The notes: generated from the sequence alone by a model not told the origin. Shown: positions 38,527 to 47,188, counted from the stretch's first letter. The stretch is 64,000 nucleotides of DNA from a candidate division FCPU426 bacterium (GCA_963796105.1 CAWCKJ010000003.1:828630-892629); one strand, 5' to 3'. Numbers and translations are program-made.

Positions 38527-39306
38527 ATGAATCGCCGCAACTCCTTAATCGCCTTGTCCGCCGGAATTCTTTTCGGGACTTTGGCTTTTGTTCTTCTTTA
38601 CCAGAAAGCGTCCGAAGTGGAAAAAAAGACCACTCCGATCCAGGTCCTAGTAGCTTCGGGTTATATACCAATAGGAAGCATCCTGAAGCCTGACTTGGTT
38701 AAGAAAACTGATATTCCGGAAAATTACGTTAGCCCCAGCGCCATCCGCGACATCCGCGAAGTGGAGGGGTTTATATCCTTGGTGCCTATTTCGGCCGGCG
38801 AGCAGATACTATCTAACAAGTTCGGAACCAGTGAGGAATCTCTTGCCCTGGATTTAAATCCCGGTTATAGGGCTTACACTTTGCCCGTGAACGAAACCAA
38901 CGGTGTCGGAAACTTGATCCGTCCGGGCAACCATGTGGACGTCCTCACTAAAGTTTCATCCCAAAACCGAGAACTGACTTCTTTTGTCTTCCAGGATTTG
39001 AAGGTTTTGGCTGTCGGTCAAAGAATGACCAGCCCTTCACAATCGAAAAAAAACCAGGAAGAGAGGTCTTCCGCAGGTGAAGACTCGGACAGCTATGGCA
39101 CGGTAACCCTGGAAGTGACTCCAGAACAAGCCGAAACCCTTATGTTCTTGGAAGGGCAAAACCTCCGCTTGGTCCTGAGAAGCCCGAGCGATGATGAAAT
39201 CCTCAACTTGCCTCCTCAAAGCGGGCTGGAGATCATCGAAAAGTTGGGCCATTTCTCGGTAAAAACTTCGCGAAGTATTGAAATTATTCGTGGAAACTCA
39301 AAATAA
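38527..39306 (+). CDS. cpaB: Flp pilus assembly protein CpaB/RcpC
   Basis: 259 aa. N-terminal anchor, a SAF-like segment (VLVASGYIPIGSILKPDLV) and an RcpC-type beta-clip region (RAYTLPVNETNGVGNLIRPGNHVDVL, LKVLAVGQ). Confidence 0.8.
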   Translation: MNRRNSLIALSAGILFGTLAFVLLYQKASEVEKKTTPIQVLVASGYIPIGSILKPDLVKKTDIPENYVSPSAIRDIREVEGFISLVPISAGEQILSNKFGTSEESLALDLNPGYRAYTLPVNETNGVGNLIRPGNHVDVLTKVSSQNRELTSFVFQDLKVLAVGQRMTSPSQSKKNQEERSSAGEDSDSYGTVTLEVTPEQAETLMFLEGQNLRLVLRSPSDDEILNLPPQSGLEIIEKLGHFSVKTSRSIEIIRGNSK

Positions 39307-39317
39307 GGAGGCTGGGT

Positions 39318-40349
39318 ATGAAAAAATTATTTTTATACTTTCTATTGGCGCTAACCCTAATCGCAGCTAAGGCGATGCCCGGCGAAGGTCCAATTCGGTT
39401 GACTATCGGGGAATCAAAGCTCATCAATGTCGAATCTGCGAAAAAAGTAGCCGTTGGGAATCCGGCTGTTGCCGATGTTACCTCGGTCAGCGATCAGGAA
39501 ATTCTTATTTCCGCTAAATCTATCGGCAGTACCAACCTCATATTTATCGCTCCAGATGGAGATAAGATCAGTCGGACTATTCTGGTATCCTCTCATAATC
39601 TGAGGAAATCCATGGTAGAAATGGGTGTGGAAATCATGGAAATCGACTCCCAAAGCGCCCTTAAGGCAGGTCTAAGTTGGGGTTCCATCACATCCGCGCC
39701 GGTTTCAAGCTCCTCCGGCTCTACCACCTCCACTTCTTCATCTGCCGAATCCATAACCAGCAACAACGTTGCGATTGCCGAGAATTCTCCTCCTTCTTTA
39801 GCAGCATTTGGCACCTTTGCACGGCAATCCCTGGCCGCAAGCGTTCAGCTTTTAATCAGTCGCGGTAAAGCTAAAATTTTATCTAAACCAAAACTATTGG
39901 CGGTCAGTGGGGAAGAAGCTAGCTTCTTGGCAGGTGGCGAGATTCCTTACATTGTCGAGACGAAAATCGGCTCAGCGACGGTTGAGTGGAAACCTTATGG
40001 CGTCAAGTTGAATATTAAACCTTCCATCGAAGCTGATGGGAATATATCCGCGAATCTGCGCGCCGAGGTCAGCGGAATCGATCTTGAAAACGGGTTAGCC
40101 ATGAATGGGACCACCGTTCCAGCCTTGCGCACCCGGTGGGCGGAAACATCGGTTTATATGAAAAGTGGAAGTACTCTTGTTATCGCGGGCTTGATAGACG
40201 AGCAAAGCCAGAAACTGACATCGGGCATCCCCATCCTGAGCGATATACCCGTCCTAGGAGAACTTTTCCGCTATACGGACCTGCAGAAAACCCAGACGGA
40301 ACTGGTGATATTCGTGACGCCGACGATGGTGGGAGGAGAAGAAAACTGA
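39318..40349 (+). CDS. cpaC: Tad secretin CpaC/RcpA
   Basis: 343 aa. Signal peptide, the pilus-formation N-terminal region (LTIGESKLINV..VAVGNPAVADV..ILISAKSIGSTNLI) and a C-terminal secretin domain (ILSKPKLLAVSGEEASFLAGGEIPY, IPILSDIPVLGELFR, ELVIFVTP). Confidence 0.85.
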   Translation: MKKLFLYFLLALTLIAAKAMPGEGPIRLTIGESKLINVESAKKVAVGNPAVADVTSVSDQEILISAKSIGSTNLIFIAPDGDKISRTILVSSHNLRKSMVEMGVEIMEIDSQSALKAGLSWGSITSAPVSSSSGSTTSTSSSAESITSNNVAIAENSPPSLAAFGTFARQSLAASVQLLISRGKAKILSKPKLLAVSGEEASFLAGGEIPYIVETKIGSATVEWKPYGVKLNIKPSIEADGNISANLRAEVSGIDLENGLAMNGTTVPALRTRWAETSVYMKSGSTLVIAGLIDEQSQKLTSGIPILSDIPVLGELFRYTDLQKTQTELVIFVTPTMVGGEEN

Positions 40350-40360
40350 CAAAAAGGCAA

Positions 40361-40460
40361 TGAACCCTTCGAGCCCCACGCACCGCATACCATCCATCCA
40401 CAAAACATTTAAAGTGGCTGGTATCGCACCGATTTCTATTACCGTCTTATTGTAAATCGG
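40361..40460 (+). repeat. dispersed intergenic repeat, hairpin module copy
   Basis: CCATCCAT..GGCTGGTATCGCACCGATTTCTATT..TGTAAATCGG parallels 30331-30397. Stem CCGATTT/AAATCGG. Lies immediately 3' of cpaC. Confidence 0.6.
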
Positions 40461-40563
40461 CACAGCGTGTGGCAGTGCTCAGGGCGGGTTTAAATTGGGA
40501 AGGTTCTTGAATTGGAAAAACCCAGCTAATAAGTTTTGATGAGGATTTGGAGCCGCCGGATTT

Positions 40564-40725
40564 TCAGGGGTTTTGGATCAAGACGCTGATGGTTCCATCG
40601 TTATAATTGGCGACCGCCAGGTCGGCTTTGCCGTCCCCGTTGAAATCCCCGGCCATGTCCCAAGTCGGATTGGTCCCCGGCGCGTGTAAAATCCTTTTAA
40701 AAAGGGCCAAAGTCCCCAAGTGCCC
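40564..40725 (-). pseudogene. FG-GAP/VCBS-like repeat tail in frame behind the TGA stop of the upstream gene
   Basis: Continuing the 873-aa frame past the TGA at 40726-40728 gives 53 open codons: GHLGTLALFKRILHAPGTNPTWDMAGDFNGDGKADLAVANYNDGTISVLIQNP*. DFNGDGKADLAV..GTISVL is an FG-GAP signature. Confidence 0.5.
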
Positions 40726-43290
40726 TCAAGGTGAAGTCGCTGCCGCCGCATGACTTTCCACAACCGCCACAAACACCCCATTCCCATAGGTAACTGAACT
40801 CCAGTTCTGCGAACTGGGGAGGGTTTGGGCCGTCCAAGTGATACCGTCAGGCGAGGTCGCTGCCTCCGTACTATTATTAGCGACCGCTACAAACTCCCCT
40901 TCCCCATAGGTCATTGTTGTCCAGTACTGAGAACCGGGAATGGTTTGGCCCGTCCAAGTGATCCCGTCCGGCGATGTCGCCACCGCCCCGTTAGTCGCCA
41001 CCGCAACAAACTCCCCATTCCCATAGACCACTGGTCTCCAATTTTGTGAACTGGGGAGGGTTTGTTGGGACCAGGTGATCCCGTCCGGTGATGTCGCCGC
41101 CACCGTACTATAATTAGCGACAGCCACAAATAACCCATTCCCGTAGGCCGCTGAATACCAATACTGTGAAGCGGGGAGCGTTTGGGGCGTCCAAGTGATA
41201 CCATCCGGCGATGTCGCCGCCACCGCGCTGTTATAAGCAACCGCCACAAACACCCCATTCCCGTAGGCCACTGAATACCAGTTCTGTGTACTAGGGAGGG
41301 TTTGTTGGGTCCAGGTGATCCCATCCGGTGATGTCGCCGCCACCGAACTTCCATTAGCAACCGCCACAAACACCCCATTCCCATAGGCCACTGACCACCA
41401 GTTCTGAGAACTGGGGAGGGCGCGGGCTGTCCAAGTTATACCGTCAGGCGAGGTCGCCGCCACCGAACTTGGGCCAAAAGAAACCGCCACAAACACCCCA
41501 TTCCCGTAGGTCACTGAAAACCAGTTCTGTGAACTGGGGAGGGTGCGGGCCGTCCAGGACGTACCTGGTAATGGTGTGTTGGTGGGCGTATTCGTCGGCG
41601 TGCAGGTGTTGCCGGGGTATCCGCAGGGTGTGGGAGTGGAAGAAGGGGTAAAGGTCAGGGTATCGGTCGGGGTATTAGTGGGCGTGTTGGTGGAAGTGTA
41701 AGTGGGGGTCGGGGTGGGTGTATTTGTGGAGGTAAAGGTGAATGTATTGGTCGGGGTATTCGTGGTTGTAAAAGTCAGCGTGTAGGTCGGGGTGTCGGTA
41801 GGGGTAAAGGTCAGGGTATCGGTTGGGGTATCCGTCGGGGTGTCGGTGGAAGTGTAAGTGGGGGTATCCGTGGGCGTATCCGTCGGGGTATAGGTGAAAG
41901 TATTCGTGAATGTATTGGTTGGCGAATCTGTTGAGGTATCCGTGGGTGTCGCCGTGGGGGTGTCTGTCGGGGTATAGGTGAATGTGTCCGTTGGGGTATT
42001 CGTAGGAGTATAGGTCAATGTATTCGTGAAAGTGTCCGTGGTCGTGGGGGTGCTGGTCAAAATAATCGAAATGTAGGTGACCGAGGGATAGGTGGATGAA
42101 AAGCTGGAGGAGGGCGAGGAATTACCCGCCGAGTCCTGGGACCGAACCCAAAAGGTGGTGGAGCTGTTTGGAAGTACCGTGACGGGTATCCCGGTCGTGT
42201 TAAAAAGGGACGCCGGGCCCGAAGCGACAGGGGTTCCCGTGCAATTGGCGTTGGTGTAAATGTACACTGTGGTAATTAAGCCGGGAATATTAGGCCCATT
42301 GCCAGCCTGTCCATAAATACTAGGGTTGGTAACAGTGGAGGGTGACGCGGGAGTACTGTTAAAAACCTCAGGAATGGGTTCAGCGATCACATAAGCGTAA
42401 ATGAGTCCCGTGGAGGGAGCGGACGCGTTGCCCGTAGAATCCGACTGGGTCGCGTAAAAAGTCACAGCGGAATTCCCTATCAATGCGTTTCCGGCCGGAA
42501 GTGTGACCGTCCAGTTGCCGCTCGAATCCGCGACCGCCGTAGCCAGGGGGGACCCCAAATTGGTGTTTTTTTCGTAAAGCTGGATATTCGCGTTCGGCAG
42601 GGAGGTTCCATAAAGGGATGGGGTTGGGCCCGTGGAGGTGTTATTCGTGGGCGAGGTGGGATTGCTGGACGTGATAACTGGCGGGGACAATGGCGTCGAT
42701 GTACCCGTGACGGTCGGGGTCGGCGTGATGGTAAGGGTGTCGGTGATCGTCGGGGAATTCGTTATGGTGGGCGTATTGGTCGGCGTATCCGTTGACGTGA
42801 TAGTTGGGGAGTCAGTAGGCGTATCCGTCGGGGAATTAGTCTCGGTGGGAGTGAATGTTAACGTCAGAGTCGAAGTAGGCGTGTCGGTGTTAGAAAGTGT
42901 CGCGGAGAAGGTGGAAGTATAAGTAAAGGTAAAAGTTAGGGTGTTGGTATAAGTAAAAGTAGGAGTTAGGAGTGAGGAATTAGAAGTTGGTGACAAAGTC
43001 GGTGAATCAGTAAAGGTAGGCGTTGGGGACAAAGTCGGAGTATCCGTGGCGGTAGATATTGGAGTCGGTGTAAAGGTCATCGTGTTCGTGAGAGTAGGAG
43101 AAGGAGTGGAAGAAAAGGTAGGAGTTAGAAGTGAGGAAGTAGGAGTTGGAGAAACTGTTTCCGTGAGTGTTGGGGTAGCAGAAGGCCTGGGGGGTGAAAC
43201 CGGATTGTTACCGTTGTTGGCACAAGCGCCGATAACCGAAGCCAGGATCGCTAAAACAAAGATAAATATCCAAAGATTTCTTCTAAACAT
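40726..43290 (-). CDS. large lipoprotein: Thr/Pro stalks, Ig-like domains, ~10 BNR/Asp-box-like propeller repeats
   Basis: Start chosen at MFRRNLWIFIFVLAILASVIGA|C (the ORF opens at 43347). Two Ig-like modules (..SGNWTVTLPAG..DSTGNASAPS..). About 42-aa repeats of ATSPDGITWT.QTLPSSQNW.SVAYGNGVFVAV containing SxDGxTW. Confidence 0.8.
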   Translation of the reverse strand: MFRRNLWIFIFVLAILASVIGACANNGNNPVSPPRPSATPTLTETVSPTPTSSLLTPTFSSTPSPTLTNTMTFTPTPISTATDTPTLSPTPTFTDSPTLSPTSNSSLLTPTFTYTNTLTFTFTYTSTFSATLSNTDTPTSTLTLTFTPTETNSPTDTPTDSPTITSTDTPTNTPTITNSPTITDTLTITPTPTVTGTSTPLSPPVITSSNPTSPTNNTSTGPTPSLYGTSLPNANIQLYEKNTNLGSPLATAVADSSGNWTVTLPAGNALIGNSAVTFYATQSDSTGNASAPSTGLIYAYVIAEPIPEVFNSTPASPSTVTNPSIYGQAGNGPNIPGLITTVYIYTNANCTGTPVASGPASLFNTTGIPVTVLPNSSTTFWVRSQDSAGNSSPSSSFSSTYPSVTYISIILTSTPTTTDTFTNTLTYTPTNTPTDTFTYTPTDTPTATPTDTSTDSPTNTFTNTFTYTPTDTPTDTPTYTSTDTPTDTPTDTLTFTPTDTPTYTLTFTTTNTPTNTFTFTSTNTPTPTPTYTSTNTPTNTPTDTLTFTPSSTPTPCGYPGNTCTPTNTPTNTPLPGTSWTARTLPSSQNWFSVTYGNGVFVAVSFGPSSVAATSPDGITWTARALPSSQNWWSVAYGNGVFVAVANGSSVAATSPDGITWTQQTLPSTQNWYSVAYGNGVFVAVAYNSAVAATSPDGITWTPQTLPASQYWYSAAYGNGLFVAVANYSTVAATSPDGITWSQQTLPSSQNWRPVVYGNGEFVAVATNGAVATSPDGITWTGQTIPGSQYWTTMTYGEGEFVAVANNSTEAATSPDGITWTAQTLPSSQNWSSVTYGNGVFVAVVESHAAAATSP

Positions 43291-43507
43291 AGAAGCCCCC
43301 AAAACCGATCCATTTTCCACAATCGATTTTCCATTGCTCCATTCCACGGCGCGGAATACGGCTCCCCAACAATTGTGTCTTCATTATTGGCCCGCAATGA
43401 TCAATAAGCAACTTGGCTAAAACAAAACCCAGATTGGTTGACAAATGTAAGAAATGTATTTTTGCCCGGATTTTGGAGAAGCTGAAAAAAAGTCAATGAA
43501 GAATGGA

Positions 43508-44493
43508 CATGCTTCTGTATTAAGTGACCCTTGAAATAAAGGAATACATAGGTATACTGTCCGCTACGGGAGGTGGTACATGAGCTACCAGCGGATGAAA
43601 AGCATTAAAATTCTGAGGAAAATCCACACGGAAGAAGAAGCCCGCCAATGGGTGTGGAGATGCCGTTTCGGCGGGAAAGACTTTGTTTGTCCCCAATGTG
43701 AGGGCGAAAGCTTCTGGCAACACCAGGCCAAGCCTGAAGTGAGGGAATGTGACTATTGCCGGAAACGTCTTCGGCTTCGCGCCGGGACGATTTTTGAAAG
43801 CTCCAAGCTGCCTCTTTTAACCTGGGTCAGGGCCATCAGTTTGATGATGCAGGGCAAACGGGGTATTTCGGCCCTGGAACTGAAGCGGCATTTAAATCTT
43901 TCGGATCATTCGGCATGGCTTCTATTGCATAAGATCCGGGAAGGTCTTAGGCAAAAGGACGAAAGCTATACTCTAAAGGGCGTCATTGAGTTGGATGGGG
44001 CGGTTTTTGGGAAAAAGGCCAAGGAAAACCAAGTGGAAGTCTTGGTGGCGGTGGAAAGCAAGGAATGGGTGGATGAGAATGGTTGCAAGAAGGAAAAAGC
44101 GGGTTTTGCCAAGGTGAAGGTAGCTATGGAAACCAAGTGGGAGAGCCAGGAATTCGTGAATCAGACTATGGAAAAAGGCTCTTTCCTCAACACAGATGCT
44201 TCGCCAGCCTTGCGTGAACTCAAAGGAGTGGAGGCAGACTACCGGGTGATGGCCAATGACCCGAAAGAGTTGGAAAGTTGGTTGCCCTGGGTACACCGGT
44301 TCATTTCCAACGCCAAGGCCTGGATCATTGGAACTCATCATGGCGTTGATGCTAAGTATTTAGGCCGGTATCTAAGTGAATATGCCTATCGGTTCAACCG
44401 TCGTCATGATCCCGATTCCTTATTTCACCGTGCTTTGACCGCATGTGCCTTAGCAAAACCCATTACAGCACGGTCACTTTGTGCATAAGCATA
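43508..44493 (+). mobile_element. IS1595-family insertion sequence, copy D (opposite orientation)
   Basis: The same 986-bp unit, inverted relative to A-C. 8-bp AGAATGGA at 43500-43507 and 44494-44501. The uninterrupted target sequence is present in repeat copy 2 (47936-47943). Confidence 0.9.
43580..44488 (+). CDS. IS1595-family transposase
   Basis: 302 aa, identical to copies A-C. Confidence 0.9.
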   Translation: MSYQRMKSIKILRKIHTEEEARQWVWRCRFGGKDFVCPQCEGESFWQHQAKPEVRECDYCRKRLRLRAGTIFESSKLPLLTWVRAISLMMQGKRGISALELKRHLNLSDHSAWLLLHKIREGLRQKDESYTLKGVIELDGAVFGKKAKENQVEVLVAVESKEWVDENGCKKEKAGFAKVKVAMETKWESQEFVNQTMEKGSFLNTDASPALRELKGVEADYRVMANDPKELESWLPWVHRFISNAKAWIIGTHHGVDAKYLGRYLSEYAYRFNRRHDPDSLFHRALTACALAKPITARSLCA

Positions 44494-44717
44494 AGAATGG
44501 ACAATGAAGAATGAAAAATTAAATATTGAGGGAGGTTCTTAAAATAGGAAAATCCCCTAAATAAAAAGGGCCTTTCAAATCGGCTTTATCCGATTACTAA
44601 ATAAAAAACGCTTTTAAAAGCTGTTTTTCAGGAAATATATTTTTCGTTCATCACATATAATTATCCTTAGTCGATCCATTCATTATTATTAAGACCGATT
44701 ACAAGGAATTTTCTCGC

Positions 44718-45062
44718 ATGGGAAATTTTCAGGAAAAAAGACATCATAAACGGTTTGATTTTCAGAAACCGGTTCATATTAACCAGGTCCTTCCATCCAA
44801 ATCGGGAAACATCTTCGAAGTCCAAGAACATAACATTCCAACCCAAAGCTATAACATGGGTGAAGGCGGATTGAAACTCGAGATATCCTATCCCATCAGT
44901 GTTGGTTCCATCCTTAAATTGGGTTTCGAACCGGGAAAGGATGAAAAAATCGAAATTTTCGCGAAGGTTATTTGGAGGCAAAAGACCGAATGCGGGGTGA
45001 ATTTCCTAGCGCCAGAAACAGTAATCCAAAAGACCCTCCGTAATATTTCCCCGAATCCCTGA
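44718..45062 (+). CDS. PilZ-like domain protein (copy 1)
   Basis: 114 aa. RxxxR motif (RHHKR) followed ~30 aa later by NMGEGGLKL, a variant of (D/N)xSxxG with Gly in place of Ser. Beta-barrel-like remainder. Confidence 0.65.
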   Translation: MGNFQEKRHHKRFDFQKPVHINQVLPSKSGNIFEVQEHNIPTQSYNMGEGGLKLEISYPISVGSILKLGFEPGKDEKIEIFAKVIWRQKTECGVNFLAPETVIQKTLRNISPNP

Positions 45063-45108
45063 ATAACCAAGCCGAAAGTGAAATGTAAATTCAAATCCGG
45101 AGGTAACC

Positions 45109-45372
45109 TTGTTAACGTTTGAATTCATGTCCAAAAATGATATTAAAACACCAGTGGATTGGTCGTCATGGAACGAAAGAATAATCGCGAGTTTAATGCG
45201 GTCCTGGCAGGCTGATAAAATAAGTCATACTGTTTATATTATCGAAAATGAACGAATGATCCTTGTTTTGCAAACCTTTTGGATGGGATATCAGTGTTCT
45301 GAATCGGAATGGAAAGATTTCGTCTCAAACTTCGGACCCTTAACGACGCGTCAGCAACTCTCCCGTCTTTAA
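45109..45372 (+). CDS. hypothetical 87-aa protein (copy 1)
   Basis: TTG start 5 nt after GGAGG. Trp-rich small protein with no recognised family. Duplicated at 48551. Confidence 0.45.
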   Translation: MLTFEFMSKNDIKTPVDWSSWNERIIASLMRSWQADKISHTVYIIENERMILVLQTFWMGYQCSESEWKDFVSNFGPLTTRQQLSRL

Positions 45373-45459
45373 AATTCCGGGAAATACCATGAAATTGTGG
45401 CAACTTTAGACGAGGAAAGTATTTTTTAAATTGAGGGGCTTTTAAACTCGCGGGAAAGC

Positions 45460-45681
45460 TTATTTATTCTTGGGCAATACCAGGGGCGAAACCTGCTTGG
45501 CTCCCCTCTTGGCTGTCCCGCTGACCTTGCGAACGGGTTTATGCTTTTTAGCATGACCCTTTCCGTGGTCCAGGACCCATTGGGGTTTTTCTTTTATCGC
45601 GGGCGCCTGCTGCGCCCAAACTACTATACCTGCCCCCGCCGCTATGATAAAAATACATGCCGCCAATAATATCTTTTTCAT
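45460..45681 (-). CDS. small secreted Lys/His-rich protein
   Basis: 73 aa. Signal peptide (MKKILLAACIFIIAAGAGIVVWA), then a basic tail containing AKKHKPVRK. Its start lies 10 nt downstream of the LRR gene stop. Confidence 0.6.
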   Translation of the reverse strand: MKKILLAACIFIIAAGAGIVVWAQQAPAIKEKPQWVLDHGKGHAKKHKPVRKVSGTAKRGAKQVSPLVLPKNK

Positions 45682-45691
45682 GGTTTCCCCT

Positions 45692-47104
45692 CTAATTAAT
45701 AGTACAGCCTTCGGCTGTTAGTTCCGCTTCCTCCGTCGCCACGTTCGCCCCCGTCAAGGGGTTGCCAGTTTTGACCGAAATAGTAGCTGTATTCGTTCCC
45801 AACCCCGTGTTGTTCACGAGTGGCTGTAAATCCTGGATTTGGTTGTAATCGACATCCAGGGTGCTCAATAACATCATCCCCGTAAGGGCCGTGAGGTCAA
45901 CAATCTGGTTATTCTCCAGGTATAGTTGGGTCAGTTGGATCATTCCTGCAAGGGCTGAGATGTCGGTGATCTGGTTGTAGGCGAGAATCAAGTCGGTCAT
46001 TTGGGTCAACCCTGCCAGCGGCGAGATATCGCTGACTTGGTTTACAGCGAGGTCCAGGAATTTTAAATTCGTCAATCCCGATAAGGGCGAGATATTTGTT
46101 ATTTGGTTGCCGTTAAGGTACAGCATGTTCAATTGCGTCAACCCAGAAAGAGGCGAGATGTCGGTGACCAGGTTGCTCCATAGGTTCAAGTAGGTTAATT
46201 GGTTCAATCCGGCCAGGGGCGTGAGGTCGCTGACCTGGTTGTTCCAGAGAAACAATTGGGTCAAATTCGTCAATCCAGCCAAGACTGAGATGTCACTAAC
46301 TTGGTTGAAAATGAGATCCAAATAGGTCAATTTCGTCATTCCGGCCAAGGGCGTGAGAATGGTGACCTGGTCGTAGCCAAGGTCCAGCGAGGTCAATTGC
46401 GTCAACCCGGCTAAGGGGGTGAGATTGGCGACCTGATTGTCATAAAGGTCCAGTGAGGTCAAACCGGACAGGCCAGAAAGAGGAGTCAAGTCGGTAATGT
46501 CATTGTTTTCAAGTTCCATCAATGTCACCGCAGTGCAATATTCCAGGCCCTCCAGGCTGGTGATGGTGACGGAATCGGCCGTCAAGCTGGTAATGGTGGC
46601 CATATCACATTGAGTAATGATGTCAGAGGTGCTCGAGATGATTCCGTTTTCGATCAATACGGTTTGAATGGCCGCCAAAAGGTTGGGGTCAGGAATAGTG
46701 ACAGCCGCCGAAGAGCAGGCGGAAGTGATTGTGGGCGTGGCGGTAAAAGAGGGCGTTGAGGTTGGTGTATACGTTAGGGTGGACGTAGATGTATAGGTGG
46801 AAGTTAGGAGAGCGGAAGTAGGAGTAGGTGACAAAGTCGGCGAATCCGTTAAGGAAGGCGTTGGAGTAAAGGTAGAAGTTAGGAGCGCGGAGGTAGGAGT
46901 TGGAGACAAGGTCGGGGTCCAAGTTGGTGTCGCTGTATGTGTTAGGGTTCCGGGAGAAAGTGTCCAAGTCGGCGAGGGTGTGGGTATAGTACTAGGCCCC
47001 GTGTAATATTCCTTGGTGCAGGCGGCGGGGAAAATCTCCAAGCCAGTCATAAGCAACAGCAGGAAACCCACCGGATAAAGCGATCGACGCACGCAAACCT
47101 CCAA
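45692..47104 (-). CDS. lipoprotein with Thr/Pro stalk and leucine-rich repeat (internalin-like LRR) solenoid
   Basis: 470 aa. Lipobox-like FPAA|C and a TPT/SPT linker. About 12 units of 22 aa: L(T/S)xLxxLxLxxNQ(V/I)xD(I/L)(S/T)PLAG. Confidence 0.85.
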   Translation of the reverse strand: MEVCVRRSLYPVGFLLLLMTGLEIFPAACTKEYYTGPSTIPTPSPTWTLSPGTLTHTATPTWTPTLSPTPTSALLTSTFTPTPSLTDSPTLSPTPTSALLTSTYTSTSTLTYTPTSTPSFTATPTITSACSSAAVTIPDPNLLAAIQTVLIENGIISSTSDIITQCDMATITSLTADSVTITSLEGLEYCTAVTLMELENNDITDLTPLSGLSGLTSLDLYDNQVANLTPLAGLTQLTSLDLGYDQVTILTPLAGMTKLTYLDLIFNQVSDISVLAGLTNLTQLFLWNNQVSDLTPLAGLNQLTYLNLWSNLVTDISPLSGLTQLNMLYLNGNQITNISPLSGLTNLKFLDLAVNQVSDISPLAGLTQMTDLILAYNQITDISALAGMIQLTQLYLENNQIVDLTALTGMMLLSTLDVDYNQIQDLQPLVNNTGLGTNTATISVKTGNPLTGANVATEEAELTAEGCTIN

Positions 47105-47188
47105 AAAGCTTTCAAAGCGACAATAGTTTATATCGGGTATGAGAATGTGGCAATGGACGGGGGAAGAATTTTAAACGATTGGAACCGC

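Larger units (their letters stand above)
43494..45410 (+). repeat. 0.92-kb direct repeat, copy 1 (interrupted by IS copy D)
   Basis: After removing IS+TSD (43508-44501) it matches 47930-48852 with about six mismatches counted by eye. Carries the PilZ-like gene and the 87-aa ORF. Confidence 0.9.

Noticed and set aside
25373-40728. Possibility of an alternative genetic code, prompted by an in-frame TAA and an in-frame TGA.
   Set aside because: These are single events. Dozens of other genes, including ORFs of 1000-1900 codons, terminate cleanly and read through without internal stops under the standard code, and TGA, TAA and TAG are all used as terminators.
44667-44981. 104-aa minus-strand ORFs (also 48109..48423) and 68-aa ORFs antisense to the PilZ-like genes.
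   Set aside because: The plus-strand ORF carries PilZ-type motifs. The one coding difference between repeat copies is synonymous on the plus strand but nonsynonymous (S/P) on the minus strand, which favours the plus-strand frame.
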